A stretch of DNA of 64,000 bases from Phoronis australis (taxonomy: Eukaryota; Animalia; Phoronida). The first letter of the stretch is position 1. Each line of letters begins with the position of its first letter. The position numbers were made by a program, and so were the translations under genes. The notes beneath the pieces were generated by a model. It made no database searches. It had not been told where the DNA came from and was given only the letters and a program-made list of their open reading frames with translations. Below, piece by piece: positions 1 to 13,196 of the stretch. The stretch spans positions 258,579 through 322,578 of the forward strand of contig NMRA01000346.1 in NCBI GenBank assembly GCA_002633005.1, read 5' to 3'.

Positions 1-499
1 TCGGACCTCTAAACGCGGAGGTAACTTATGTTAGTCATAATTTGTCGCAATTGCTGTCCAATAACTAAAGAAGGATCAATGACCTGTGGGTATCGGATGA
101 AAATTAATGACAGAATCTAAGCATGTTCCTCAGATTTCCGATGCTGGCAGTTCAACGACAACATCACAATCAACGGAATCACGTTTCATATGTATCATCG
201 ATTGATTAACTCTTCTAACATGATGGAATATAAACAGGTAATCGTTATTTTTGAGAATTCATTGTTGATTATTAGTTTACTTTTTGTAAATGTCAATTAT
301 GCGCACATTGCTGCGAAGACGTTTCCGGGTAGACTCTTTTGAAAAAACAACGTGACTGGTGACATATACGTGTGCACGATGGCATGGAATCATCAAAGAA
401 ATGCAGCTTGAAGTAAGTTGCAGGCTCTCGACTTTAAGCGCAGATGAAATTCATTAACACACGTCAAGTGATGTTCCGTTGCAGGTGAAAACGGTGATT

Positions 500-1310
500 A
501 GTATTTCACCAAATTTAAAAACGACATAAGAAAGACAAGGCAGACTATAAAGTCTGTTCTTAGTAACTCTGATATTAAGGCACCCTCATTTATTGAATCT
601 CAAACAGGTTGCACACTCTTAAACACACTTGACTTTGCTAATGAATTTATCGACTTCTTCATTAAAATTGGACCAAAATGTGCTTCCCAACTGCCACAAA
701 CCGATACGTCATTTAATGAATTTTTAAACACGCCATCAAGTCATATCTTCCAGTTTGCACACATTGATGAACTAAAAGCAAAAAGCACAATCAAATCTTT
801 AAAACACACCACAAGCACGGAACATGACAATATATCAACAGCTCTCATAAAACTGCACCGATGGACTTTCACCTGCCCTCACTTTTCTGATCAATCAATC
901 GCTTATATGCAGGGTGTTTTCTTAAACAACTCAAAATTGCAAAAGTAATTCCAGTGATCTTGAAGTCTATGTCCTATCCATATATCGTCCATTAACCACA
1001 ATACGCTCATTTCTAACTTATTTGAAAGAATTGTGCATGAACAATCATATGCATTTCTTAGTAACAACACGATTCTCAATCAATACGGTTTTCGCGCAAA
1101 CTTTTCTACTGAACTTACTGCTCTTGAACTTCTCGACAAAATACACACTTTTCTAGCCAAATATCAGAATCGTTTGACAATATTTATCGATCTCCCAAAG
1201 GTATTTGACACCATTGATCACAGAATTCTGCTACTGATATTAAAATACTATGATATTCGCAACAAGTTATTTATCAAAGAGACAGCAGTTCTTATCTGTT
1301 GACAAACACA
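500..1310 (+). mobile_element. Decayed non-LTR retrotransposon (CR1/L2-like LINE) ORF2 fragment: pre-RT region and N-terminal RT motifs, frameshifted and truncated
   Basis: Translation across frameshifts gives FKNDIRKTRQTIK..., ANEFIDFFIKIGPK, STEHDNIS, KQLKIAKVIPV, YRPLTT, then ORF 1033-1302 NQYGFRANFSTE...IFIDLPKVFDTIDHRILL. These match the KIAKVIP, YRPIS, QYGFR and DLSKAFDTVDH motifs of CR1/L2/Jockey-group RTs. Confidence 0.92.
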
Positions 1311-3200
1311 AATCTGTCAACTTCGGCTGTTTTCTAACCGAATTCCAGTTAAACAGATCGCAGTCAATCAAAACAAGTAACATTGTCAGGGGATGTCAAT
1401 AGCATACTGAAAAAGACTCTGGATTGTTGGTGTGAAAAAGTTCTAGGAAAGGATCTGCGATGAAGTTCTCCTTAGGGGAGGGCTTTGGAGAAAAGAGATC
1501 GACCTGTGGCATTTGCTACACCTCTAGCCACCAAACGTTCAATGGCCCTTTTGTAAGGTGCAATGGTCCTGCCAAATTCCCTCCTTTACGTATTGAGGGA
1601 AATTTTACACTGGAAATTTTATCCACTGTTGCTTAATGTGTCGTCCAGCTTGATCCATATATGGGTCAAGACAATCTCACATCCTCTCTGCTGTCTATAC
1701 AGCCTAAATTACGAAAAAGGTTCCAAGACAAAAAGCAGTATGGCATACAAAATAAGGTGACCTTTAACCATCTTGTAGTTGGTGTCTCAGACGCATTCAA
1801 CGGACTTTCAAACACGAATCACTCCAGAAAAAAGGGCCACATACTCGGATTTTTGTTAGTGACTCACGTTTTGATTCATTAGCACTTGGTTCAAGGTCAG
1901 TAAAGTGAGTTCCATGTCGGAGACTCCTGTCCCTGCCCTAAATTTGTGATCTATAACTTGTTTAACAAACAGATGTCACACGTGGATTGAAACACAACCG
2001 TGACAACACTAATTTTGTAAACAATAGAGGCAGAAAGTTTGACGTCACGCATAGTAACAGATATACTACTTTGGTTAAAAAGCACACACGGCGCATTTAT
2101 TGTGATTTCATGAAGACCACCAGTTTACGCAAGTTTAAAGAGGACTCGAACGGAACAACTGGTACAAAAAACCTTTTAAACAGATCCTGACGAGTTTACA
2201 TCTTAGGGATACTACCGTACACGTAAGAGTTATTGAGTTTGATTATTGCAAGAATTTTTAATAAAAGCGTCTGATTCACTATTTGTTTTAAACACAGATA
2301 AAACAAACATTCTTTCAACCCAACACACTTTTCAATTTCTTCATACCTTATAATAGGTACGCGCGTATGCGCGCAAATAATTACCTGTAAAAATTTCCCA
2401 AGTGCGTAACCACCATTGTCACCAAGGTCACATTTTCCATATAGGGAAATGTGCTACGCCAACGTCTTGCCATACCAAAAAATAAGACTTGCTTTGCATT
2501 GTGGGAGAAACGTCGACGAAATGACGAGTAATTGGCATCGTTTTTTTAAATTTAAAACTGAAGGAAAAATAATATACATCAACAGCAAGTCAAAATATAT
2601 ACGAACAAAGAGTAAAACTATCCTCTGAATAGTGACTTCTGTTTCAGTGGCAGGGAACCACTTTGGCTAATGCATGTTAGTCTAGTTTTAGCTCTCTATG
2701 CCACTTTAGACTTGTTTCATGCATTGTGGTTATTGATATGTCAGCATGTATGAACAGCAGTATTGGCGAAGGTGTTCGAGATATTTAAACTATTCACACA
2801 GGCCTTAGTTGATCGTTCACGTTTCCCTCAACAATGGATGTTGATATTCAAAGCATTGTACCGTGAAACCACCAAACCAACGCTGTGCGGTCAGGTCGTC
2901 AAGTTATTGTTTGTACCCGAATGACCGGCTTATGACATTAACAGTTTTATCCTTATTGATATTTCACCTGGTGACAAGTGGGCTCTAGATTCAACCAAGA
3001 GCACTCTGAACAGTATGTGAGCAACAGCTATTTAGATATTGCGTTTGCTGGGAGGGGGTCAACACGGGCCCATTTGGCGCCCTCCTGGTTTGCACTCCTC
3101 CCTTGTACTCCACCTGGACCCACAGGAGCAATCACTAAAATTATGTAGTTCACGGAAGTATGAAATGTTATAAGGAACGATAATTTTCCTTATTAAGAAC

Positions 3201-3356
3201 CAGTGCTGTAGTGGGGCTTAGGCGCAAGTAGGCTCAGCCAACCACATTTTGCCATTTGAACGTAGCGCCTACCCACCGTAAGTTACGTTCAGTGCTCAAG
3301 GTGATACGGTGGGATCTGGGTGACTACTTGCCTCCAAATTTACCACTACAGCACTG
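3201..3356 (+). mobile_element. hAT-like MITE, family A copy 1 (156 bp)
   Basis: TIRs CAGTGCTGTAGTGG / CCACTACAGCACTG. 8-bp TSD TTAAGAAC / TTAAGAAT. Homologous to 26367-26522 and 28013-28174. Confidence 0.88.
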
Positions 3357-5220
3357 TTAAGAATTCAAACATGAAACAAAATCATGATGGCTTTTGAAGG
3401 GAGCTTCAAGAGAATGAAACCTAATACATTTAATATTGATTAAAACACGTATTTTCACTCTCATTCGATTATAAGTGGGTGTTAGTTTACGTATTTTACC
3501 CATTTTCAGGCACACGGTAATTTTATTACACTTCGAACGTCATTAAAGAATGAATTTATCAGTGTTTACATGGTTTGGACTGCGCCGCTAAATTAGTGTT
3601 GCTTATTCACCACTTGTGGCGCTAGTGTTTCTATCGATAACCATTGCGGGGAATAGCCAGATGGTGGAGTGAACTATCTTATTCTATGTACACTCCTTGG
3701 TTCAACTACGTTCCCGCACATAACAGTGACTGTATTCATGGCTGATTCGTTTTGCTTACAAGATTTTGTTTTGATTTATTTGTTTTCCAGAACTGTGTAC
3801 CAACTTGTGGCAACATTGAATGCGTTTCCTAACGCAACCTGCAGTAAGCCGTCCCGACATAATCGACCCTGACGGCATCACTATAGAAGTACCGTACTCG
3901 TGCGAAAGTATGTCTTACTAAAATTTACAAACTTTCAGAAATATGCAATACAAAACTCGAATATACGTAGAGTTGGACTCTCATTGCTGATTTTCTCTGA
4001 CATATTCTCCGGCCTTCTGAGCATGGTGATCTATATTGTCCAGTTTTAAGTCAACATACATTTCACCTATACTTGCAATTACTCATGTCGCTCTACAAAA
4101 TTGGGCCGAAACACTCTTTTTGCTCTATGAGATTGCTTGATTCTAACGAATGCCGCGTAGAGACACCAACAGCAGTCAGTCTATGTAAGCAAGCGTCACG
4201 GCAGTCTCAGTAACCAAGCGTCACGGACTCTACATGGAGCTTAGGGGACACAGAACTGGGCTTTGCCTAGCAGAACACAGGTCAATGGACTTGTCACCTT
4301 TTGTTCACTCTGTCAAAAATGCACGCAGAGAATGAAAAGTTTTGCGTCCTTGCATATCAAAAGCCCTACAGACGAGAATTAACGGAAACTCCATTATCTT
4401 TTGTGTTTTGGCCCTTTCACTCCTACTGAAAAGCAAGGTAAGTTCAAAACAGAGCAGAAACCCACAAATTTGACAGTTTTCAGCCCAAAGCCACCATTTC
4501 CCTGCCAATGAGAAACATAATCAAATTTCAAACAGATTCCAAAAAATGAAGTCCAATAGTGCAGTTACCCAACTAGAGTTTTGAAATTCTGGCTTTTTTG
4601 AGGTCTACCTAAATGGTAGCCGATTTCCCAGTTGCTACCTAGCAATGCAAAGTGCAACAGGGGGTGCCACCGTCTTGATGAATAGCGGCCCAAATGGTCT
4701 GTTCTGATTCTCAACATGTGCACAAATACGAGCAAAGAAGATTCACTAAACCTACTGCAACGCCTACCTCAAAACACCCCAAGAGCACATTTTTTGGAAT
4801 TGCACAAAAACTGTTCAGTGCCAGCTAAAGATATGCAGTGACTTATGGAAAAGCAGCCGATCACGTGGCACTTGTCACACCTATCGCCATCTGGCTCTAC
4901 CAGAAGGAATTTATTCTTAGTTGCCGAGTGGTACATAGGAATATTTTGCCGTCGTAAAAGACCACTTTTCAGGGTATGTGAGTGGCCGAGACGAGTTTTA
5001 AACAAAAGTTGAATTGCCTCCTCGCCCTCTAGAGGGCAATAACGTCTGGTTGCACGTGATCACTCATCACTCTGCTGCTTGACAATATTCCATAGTATCT
5101 AAATATTACTCCTTTTACTTCGTTATGCAATAAGATCATTATCAAATCAAAACAAATTGTCCAACCTGTGAAAACGAGAAAGATATGCAATGTTTAGTTG
5201 ATTTGATTACGAAGACATAG

Positions 5221-5629
5221 GGCCCGTTTTGTGACTTTTTTCTGTCTGACCTTAGACCGAAATCCGGCTAACGGAAGACAAAAATGTCTTAGTATGGTTT
5301 CATGACATTTTTTAAGACCAACATTACGACCGAACTCAGTTTAATCTAAGACCAAAAGGTAACCTGCTACAGAGAAGGCTTACGATTGGACTTTTGAACA
5401 ATATTATTCTTGAAACCGTGTTTCACACTCTGCCTTGCTTAGTTTTGTAAATTCGCAGCAGGTGGCGAAAGTGTACGTCAAAACCGACTTAATTTCTATC
5501 TAAGTTAAAACTGAAGACCAAATCCGTTTATGTGTTCATGAAACAATATTTTCAGAATTTTCGTCTTCGCTCTTAACAATTTTTTGGTCCTACGACTGAA
5601 GCTTAAAGTCATTTTCGTGAAACGCACCC
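5221..5629. mobile_element. Diverged PIF/Harbinger-like MITE
   Basis: Ends GGCCCGTTTTGTGA... and ...TTCGTGAAACGCACCC, flanked by TAG/CAG. Internal TAAGAC/GTCTTA subrepeats. Confidence 0.55.
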
Positions 5630-7007
5630 AGGCCTAGCAATTTTCAAAAGACAAACACATTACCCACAATTCTCCGTTTACGCAGTTGTCCCAAACCGTA
5701 TCATGTGATCTGGCGTTGCATCCAGATCACCGGTGACTACAAAACTTGACAAGCTGCTCGCACGGCTGTAGCAGATTTGTTACAACTAGCTTATCAAGGA
5801 AAATGTGGCGATGTAATTGCGACTTGATAAAAACGGAGTAAAACGGATAACTTTTCTGAAGTCATTGATTGCTGTCATATAACTTGTTAAATATCCGTTC
5901 TCGCATTTCATAATGTAGCTCAAACTTAAAATCGAACCTGGCTTTGACTTTTTACTGACGTTTCCACTTTATAATGAACTGCACGACACATAGTTTATCT
6001 CTTCAACTGATCGCAGTAAGATTACTAAAACGATTGCCTGGAGTGAGACTGATTTTAATGGCTGCTCGAGGTACGCGGGTTTTAAGTGCGGCGCAGCGTG
6101 GGATTAAATCTTGGTGAGAACAGACAGATGAATGAAATCCAGACCTCTTTTCATTTGATAAAATAAAGGAGTCTTAGAATTTGTACGACCATACAAAAGA
6201 GTGGGTTGATTTAAAATCCTAGCCGTCGAAAAAGTGCTCGAAAGTATATTACTGAACATGAGAATTGTGTTTTTAATTTATCTCCGAACTGTAGCCGTAA
6301 ATTCAATGATTGATTGAATGTCAAACTAGGTGTTAATTTACCATTCATGCAGTGCTAATCGGTGTGACAGTACAAATGAAGATGAAAATTAAAAACTGAC
6401 TAAGGTAATTGGATCTCATCACATTTAAATATCACTTACCAGGAAACAAGGTCCCCTCTGTGATTATTGTACAATATTTTGCCAGGTCATCTTTGCTCCC
6501 CAAGATGAGACGGTCTTCGATCATGAATATTCCGTCTCGTTCATTTGCACACGTTGGCTCAGTATCAGCGTTTATATTGTACCATAGTGGTATCATGCCA
6601 AAATACGGTTCGAGTTGTCCACAAACATTGAAGCACAATAACGACACTACATGTACATGTATGTCGCGGCCACGTTTAGAACTGGATGTTAAAGCTCGCG
6701 TATGATAAATTTCCCTAAGATAGCTACAACAAAATACGACAGTGGTATTAATCACATTTTGCTCCGAGTGATCATTTCTCCGGCTAAAACAATGTAATGT
6801 ACGTGCAAAAAGCACGTGTTTACGAGAAGAAACGCACATGTATTCGTTAAAGGGTATTTCAAGGAACCGTTTGGCACTGCGCAAACTCAATCCAGGCTCC
6901 GTTCTGGGGTAAGAAACTTGATTAGAGGTGTGTGAATTTTCCTAAAATCGCCCAATTCCTTAAACAGTTAGCGCTGATCAGTCACATCATGTAGAAGCCG
7001 GATGAAT

Positions 7008-7554
7008 AAGTGACTTTCGAATTAGCCGCGCCATATTGAAATTCACTAACTCGCCAGAAGGCGATCACGTGTTTGGTGGAAAAGCGTTCAGCGTCACATA
7101 CTGTAAATGTACAGGCACCATGTACAGGTAATGCGGGCAGGAGCTTTCAACCTATTGGTATAAAGATGTTTGAACACCTTTCCTGCCCTTATAGTGCCGG
7201 CAAATTTACACTGCTCTGTGGTAGAAGGTCTTATAAAAAAGGCAAACCCTTTGAAATATCAATGGATGGACAAGGGTACAGTGTAACATACATTTCTCAC
7301 TGCGAAGCGCGACAACGCGAGTGGCTGCGTCTGATAAACGAGGATAATTTCGATCCCAGCCGATGTGAAAAAGCTAAAATAAAGAAGAGAACTTAAGCTA
7401 CTCAAACAAGGGGAGTGGCTGATAGTGGTAATTATTCCTCTGTTTTTAAATTGATGAAACATTATTTTGTAATTGAATTTCTGTCCACCAAATCTGAGTC
7501 GGGAGTCACTATCATGCTCTCATTATTGTAGAGAGCGCTAACATGAAGTTCCTT
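7008..7554 (+). mobile_element. Non-autonomous DNA transposon with THAP-domain remnant (ISL2EU/Harbinger-like), family B copy 1
   Basis: Colinear homology with 24890-25441. Termini AT|AAGTGACTTTC ... GAAGTTCCTT|AT. Encodes RQREWLRLINEDNFDPS, resembling the THAP W-containing segment. Confidence 0.7.
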
Positions 7555-8420
7555 ATTGCTTTCCTTCTCAACAGTGAAAATTACACCTAATTTGCTTTGG
7601 CTTTTAGATAATCGCTGTATGAGTATTTCAGTAGGGTTAGCGATCTTCTACTACGGGCTTCGGAATTTCTTAACCCGACACTAGACTAATTTGTTTGACA
7701 GACAGCAAACGCGGGCCAAACCAACAGCATGCAATACATCAGAATAACAATGAAGTAAAATTGTTCTACATTAAGGACAGGCGAAAATGTTGACCATAAA
7801 TTTCGACAGAGAGAAACTAAATCTGACATAAGCCTCAGCCGGCGGCGAAGGCGCAGACCCCGGGTGAAGATGGAGGACTGTTTTAACAGAATATAATCAC
7901 CGAATATTGCCGGTGGTAGAGACGCGAGGAACCTTTCGTCTACCAATTTTCACACAACTGAAAAGGTAAATAGATTTCCAGTTTCCACCGGAGACTCCGG
8001 CGACTTCTGGCGACCGACTTCATGAATAGTGAGCGACGGCACAGTTTTAGAAAATACTTGAAGTATTGACAAATGGTATACTTAAATTATTAATGAGCTC
8101 AAAGTATAAGGAAGAACTTTTCTTAGGCCAGATGCGGTCGTATCGACTAGCCACTGTACTAACGGAACCCCGGCGGACTAGAATAGTTTCCCGTCGCCAA
8201 TAGTCAGCTACTTTGTATTCACTGTCTAGTCCTTCCCGTTGAGCGCAGCCGTTTGGCCAGTTTCCATTTTCGATCGTGGAATGTTAAACAATAAAATATC
8301 AGACGACAGAAATATATTTACTGTATCCTTTTCTTACGTCCGTCTGTTTTGTCTAATGATTGCATTTTAAACTCAATGTAGCAAGTGTGAAGTGCGCGAC
8401 GAAGTAATACACGTCAACTC

Positions 8421-8719
8421 TAGGGGGCGTCATTGTGGTAGTCAGCCAGCCACAATGAAGCACAGGCACGCTTTACTACTTCAAGTGATTAGTGCAGTGT
8501 TTTGAGTTCGAAAATTTGATTTGCTTCTTGAAAACCATCATGTGTGGATGTTTTGAATATCCCTTTACACATTTAACGGCCAACAAGACCGGATTCATCC
8601 TAGCAAACTTACCAAGTGTGTTGCCGCAAGACGCGCCAACTCCTGCTACAGGCAGTTGCCTCGAAATGTGTCTACCGGTTTCACAATAGGACAATTAAGT
8701 AAGGACAGTAACGCCCCTA
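8421..8719. mobile_element. MITE (~300 bp), superfamily uncertain
   Basis: Inverted termini TCTAGGGGGCGTCATTGT / ACAGTAACGCCCCTAGA. Confidence 0.6.
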
Positions 8720-9299
8720 GACCTTTTTCGCAACCTAAAATTTATTAGCAGAAAGGTCTTATAGCTAAAACTAACGTACCGTCGCCATGTGACGATTTTG
8801 CCGTTATTTCAAATTATATTTAAATACAACTCGTCCGTATGCACAGAAATAGCTAAAAGGTTGGACAGCAGACAACCGAATTTGTATAGCAAGATATGAA
8901 ATGCAACATCTGTTTTACGCTAAGTTGATGTCAGCACGTTTTCAAAGTCAACAGGATCAGCATTCAGGGATTGTTTCTGAACTGGTGCAAGGGGAACCCA
9001 GGTCACGGTAACAAACGAGAATACTCGATGACTTTCTGTTTTAGGCCGAGGCACAAAATCGCGTGGAAAATACTAGTAGTTTGATACCACGAGAGAGGAA
9101 AAAATATAGCATGATAAGAATTACTTAATTTGGTAATAATTTTCAAATTTTTATAACTACAATACCCTCTTAAGATAAGGTTATTAATCCTTGCAACCTG
9201 GTGTAGGTAGTCTTATATTGTGATGCCCATGCTTTATCAATAAGATGGGACTTATTTGAACATATATCCAGTCTGCAAATAATTATAATCCGAGACTGG

Positions 9300-9554
9300 C
9301 TTGTCATAAAACGTTACCCGTGTTAGCAGTAGAGACGAAAATGATTCGCGTAATTTTCACCACAAAATGGATCGATTCGCACCGCCCGTTCACAATATTT
9401 ACAGGAAATTTAGTATTAGCACATGTACACACATTACTAATGCCTGAGAAGATAGAGACCTGACTCAGAGGTCTAGGAAATGGGGTCCAATGGAATTTAA
9501 ACCTGCGACCTTGAGAACATGAGGCGGACCCTCCACCCACTAGGGCACACCGCC
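9300..9554 (-). mobile_element. Decayed tRNA-derived SINE (head ~9482-9554; 3' boundary uncertain)
   Basis: Minus strand GGCGGTGTGCCCTAGTGG (A-box-like) ... GCCTCATG ... GGTCGCAGGTTTAAATTCC (B-box-like). tRNA spacing, but no good cloverleaf. Confidence 0.55.
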
Positions 9555-11187
9555 AAATGAAAACCTGGGGTCTTTTTGTCGTATTATCAATGGCCAGAAG
9601 TTCGCGTATTTATTTGAATATGGCGTTAAGTCTCTACCCGAGCAGGCTACGGATTTCTGCCGCTTGGCTTCGAGTTCTAGACACATCTTAGCCTGATTGC
9701 GTGAAACAGACTAAGCCATTGGTAGACTGACTTTTAGCCGGCGAAACTGGTCCGATAAAAATTTGCCTGTTCATGCTAGATACCAAGATGTACGGCACTC
9801 AATTTGCGCATGCGCGAATCGCCATGGGAGACTTAATGTTTTGGGGTTCATTCTTACTTCTCACTGCATTAACAATCACTCCACGTGATATCCGAACGTC
9901 CTAAGTTTTATGGCGCGCGGAGGTTCACCCAATTGTGCAAAGTATACTCGGTCTGTGACTAATCACACACTGTTGCCTTACGCCTTCGACAGAAGAAACA
10001 GTTTAAAGTGATCTAACAAAACTCTAGATTGTGTTTTTAAGTGACCACATTGTTGTCTTACTCTGTTTCAGTTCTAATCCTCGTTGATAATTATGCGAGC
10101 AAGACAAACCACGCTTCCTATTACCGGACTGAAATATCAAATAAGAAAAAGCCTTATATTTCTTTTAAATTATATTTTTACTTATGTGTGCATAGTTCTC
10201 TTTCAAAGACGGCGTCTTGGAGGATTTTGATGCTGATCACGATTGTGATGATTATGGGGGTGGTTGTGTTTTTTTTTTGTTCGGCGCCCCGCACTAAAAC
10301 AGAGTATCGTAAATAGAAGCGTGGTTACTGAGCAACTGTCGAGTGCGTAATTGGCCAGATATTCACCAAAGACACACAAACAGACATTCCTACACAGATT
10401 CTAACCATCTCTTTACCAATGACTCTTTAGTGAGGGGTTATCTCTCAAGTGAGGGGTCGATAGCTCGCTATGTGACTATTTCGTAGTCAAACCAACTTCA
10501 TAGTTAATTACTAAAAAGTATTTTAAGGCCCTGGTTTCTAATTACACTATTTGTTCAGTTTTGTATTGTTATTTTTCAAAAGTGCTATGGCTACAAATGA
10601 GAACGACGCCTGCACAATTAGCACCGTCATTCACATTAAGTCACACGACTGTGTCTTCGATTCCCTTCTTGTTTTTACCATATGACAGAAGTTAAACTGA
10701 ATATTATTCACATTTGTCTTACTTTCCTAAAAGGAACGTTACATCCGTATTGCGACCCACTACACGACTACGGTTTTCCCCCATTCTGAAATTAAATGGA
10801 TTCCATATATGTTATTTTTCACGACGAACCTTCACCTTTTCGGTACACAAAGGATAGTTTGCTGGCATAACCAGAACACTGCATTTCTAAAGCATATTGA
10901 GAGGATGCATCATCCGAAACATCCACAAGTATCAACGAATGATATTTTTCAAATACACTTATATAGGTACAGCACACGTTGGCAGCTGGCAACCCATGTG
11001 CTTCATACGTCAATACTGGAAAATAGTACATGTACTGGCAATTTCATGTTACGTTATACAGAGATCGTTCGATTTAAAAGTATAGGCTATTACTCCAAAG
11101 TGCAATTTCGATAGTTCAATTAATTTGGCTGGTTTCATAGAGAACGAAACAGCATGTGATTTTATGCGACTAGACAAGTTACACCAG

Positions 11188-11591
11188 GGCCCGGAATCTA
11201 ATCTTTGTATTCGAAACGGACTCGAAATTATTTTTGACAATTTCTCTGCTACTTTTGTGTGAACTCAAGATGAGTGGTTATTAGACTATGCTCGAATACA
11301 TTATACTTTACGCACATGAGTTTCTAGTCCAAGTTTGCACTTGATGACCCTTATATTCGTGTTACAAACCCGACGAGTAAAAACTCGAAATTTCGAGATC
11401 AAACTCAAACTTTTCGCCTTAATGTTGGGTTTATGAAGTGCAAACTAGGACTAAAAAATTATACACGTAAGTAATCATGTACTAGAGCATAGAATAATAT
11501 ACACTTATATTGAATTCGCACAAAAGTAGAGTAGAAAATGCCAAACATAATTTCGAGTTCCATTTCGAGTGAAAAGATTAGAGCCCGGGCC
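11188..11591 (+). mobile_element. PIF/Harbinger-like MITE, family D copy 1
   Basis: TIRs GGCCCGGAATCTAATCTTT / AAAGATTAGAGCCCGGGCC, 3-bp TSD CAG/CAG, long imperfect inverted arms. Confidence 0.88.
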
Positions 11592-12029
11592 CAGGTTTGC
11601 CTACCGTAGACACAATAAATTCGCGAAAACAAAAGATCAGCGAGGCTTCGCCATGCAACACAAGCGAAGCACATGACCACGTCAGATTTTCTCACTCGTT
11701 TCATACGTCTACTGAATGCAACCTTCATACGTGTCGGTGTAAGTTAAGTCAGGTAGGTTTGTGTGAGATATCCAAGCATAGAGACAACTTAGTTCCCAGG
11801 ATGGGGCTCCAAATGCAGGGATGTCGTATGACATAACTTAAAATAACACATCCTTGGTGCTAGGCTGCTAAGAATGAAATGAATATACTTATACCACAAT
11901 ATTAGCCTCGATACAACCGTGTAATAGCCCATAAATAGACTGGGATCCCAGAGCTTTTTTGGGCATGAAAAGGTAACCAATTTTCTTTGGTACCACAGTG
12001 GTCTATGGGTATCCTCATGCTTGGAAATG

Positions 12030-12745
12030 GCCTTCTGGCATGTTCGCTCTGGTGGGTGTAGTCACGGGAGCCAAGAGAATGGCACTCAAAAATTGAGCTA
12101 GATCAACTTTTCTGGTAACCACTTCAAACTGCCTTCGATAACTACTACGTAATCCACTGTATCGAAATTGGTCAGTGCCAGACCATTTCAGTGGTTGGGA
12201 GTATCAGCCAGACGCTTATAAACAAGGTAAAAAATTGAGCTAGATCAATCCAAGAGGTAACCGCATGAAACCAGTTGCAAAACATTCGCCGTGAGCCCAG
12301 GTATCACGACAAATCTAGTGGTGGGTTAGCTCCCCCAGACACGCCTGAGTTGAGCTTGATCAACCCACCAGGTAACCGTTTGAAACCAACTGCACGATAC
12401 TCAGCATCACTGCACATGGCATAACAGTAAGATGCAGACAATTTCAGCGGTGTGGTGCCTCTGTCAGAGGACTAAAGAAACGGCTAAATTAGAGGTAAAT
12501 CAAACCAAGAGGTAACCGCATGAAACCAGTTGCAAAATACTCTACGTAAGCTCATGTATCATGAATAAGCACTTCGAGACAAGTCTAGTGGTGGGTTAGC
12601 TCCGCCACACACGACTAAATATTTGAGTTGGGCCAGATTTATCCGCCAGGTAACCGTTTGAAACCATTTGCTTAATGTCGAGCAACATTCTGCATGCAAC
12701 ATAGGGTACCTTACAGACATTTTCAGCCGAGGGGCAGTAGCGTTC
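12030..12745 (+). repeat. Diverged tandem array of ~115-140-bp units (family E)
   Basis: Core TTGAGCTAGATCAA(N)GGTAACCG...GAAACC recurs near 12092, 12234, 12350, 12489 and 12625. Alternate units are more alike (CCAAGAGGTAACCGCATGAAACCAGTTGCAAAA at 12250 and 12506). Confidence 0.85.
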
Positions 12746-13196
12746 AGAGGTTTTGTCGATGCAGGGGCGATTTTTTATTAGATGCCTCTCTTTCTCTCTC
12801 AACTCAAATGCATATATCCTATTCAGGTCCGTAGCCAGCTTTGAGCGGGGGTGGTTCGAATTTCAAGAACCGTGGCACCTTTGATATTTTGCAAACGTCG
12901 ACACTGTAGAGTTTTCAGCTAGGCCTTTGACGCAGCTGAATTAGGGAGAAGGGAAATCTGTATACACAACAATGACTCTCAGCTATGTTCATGAGATGAG
13001 ACACAAATTCGGATGTAATGTGGTCCAGAAAGAGAACGTTTTAGCATTATCTCCTGCCATGCTTAAATGAGTGATTACACCTCATTGCATTCTCACACGG
13101 AAATGTGAAGTTTAGTCGGCGAATGGCTTAATTAACAAAATTGTTTCCCTGGTTGTATTTTAGCGTGTTACTTAAGTTGCTTACATCGCTGGAAAT

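Noticed and set aside
6432-6890. 152-aa minus-strand ORF
   Set aside because: Non-ATG start, no motif and no supporting splice structure.
13002-13024. 13-nt match to the reverse complement of the miR-10 3' half (CACAAATTCGGAT)
   Set aside because: The seed half does not match and no precursor hairpin is evident.
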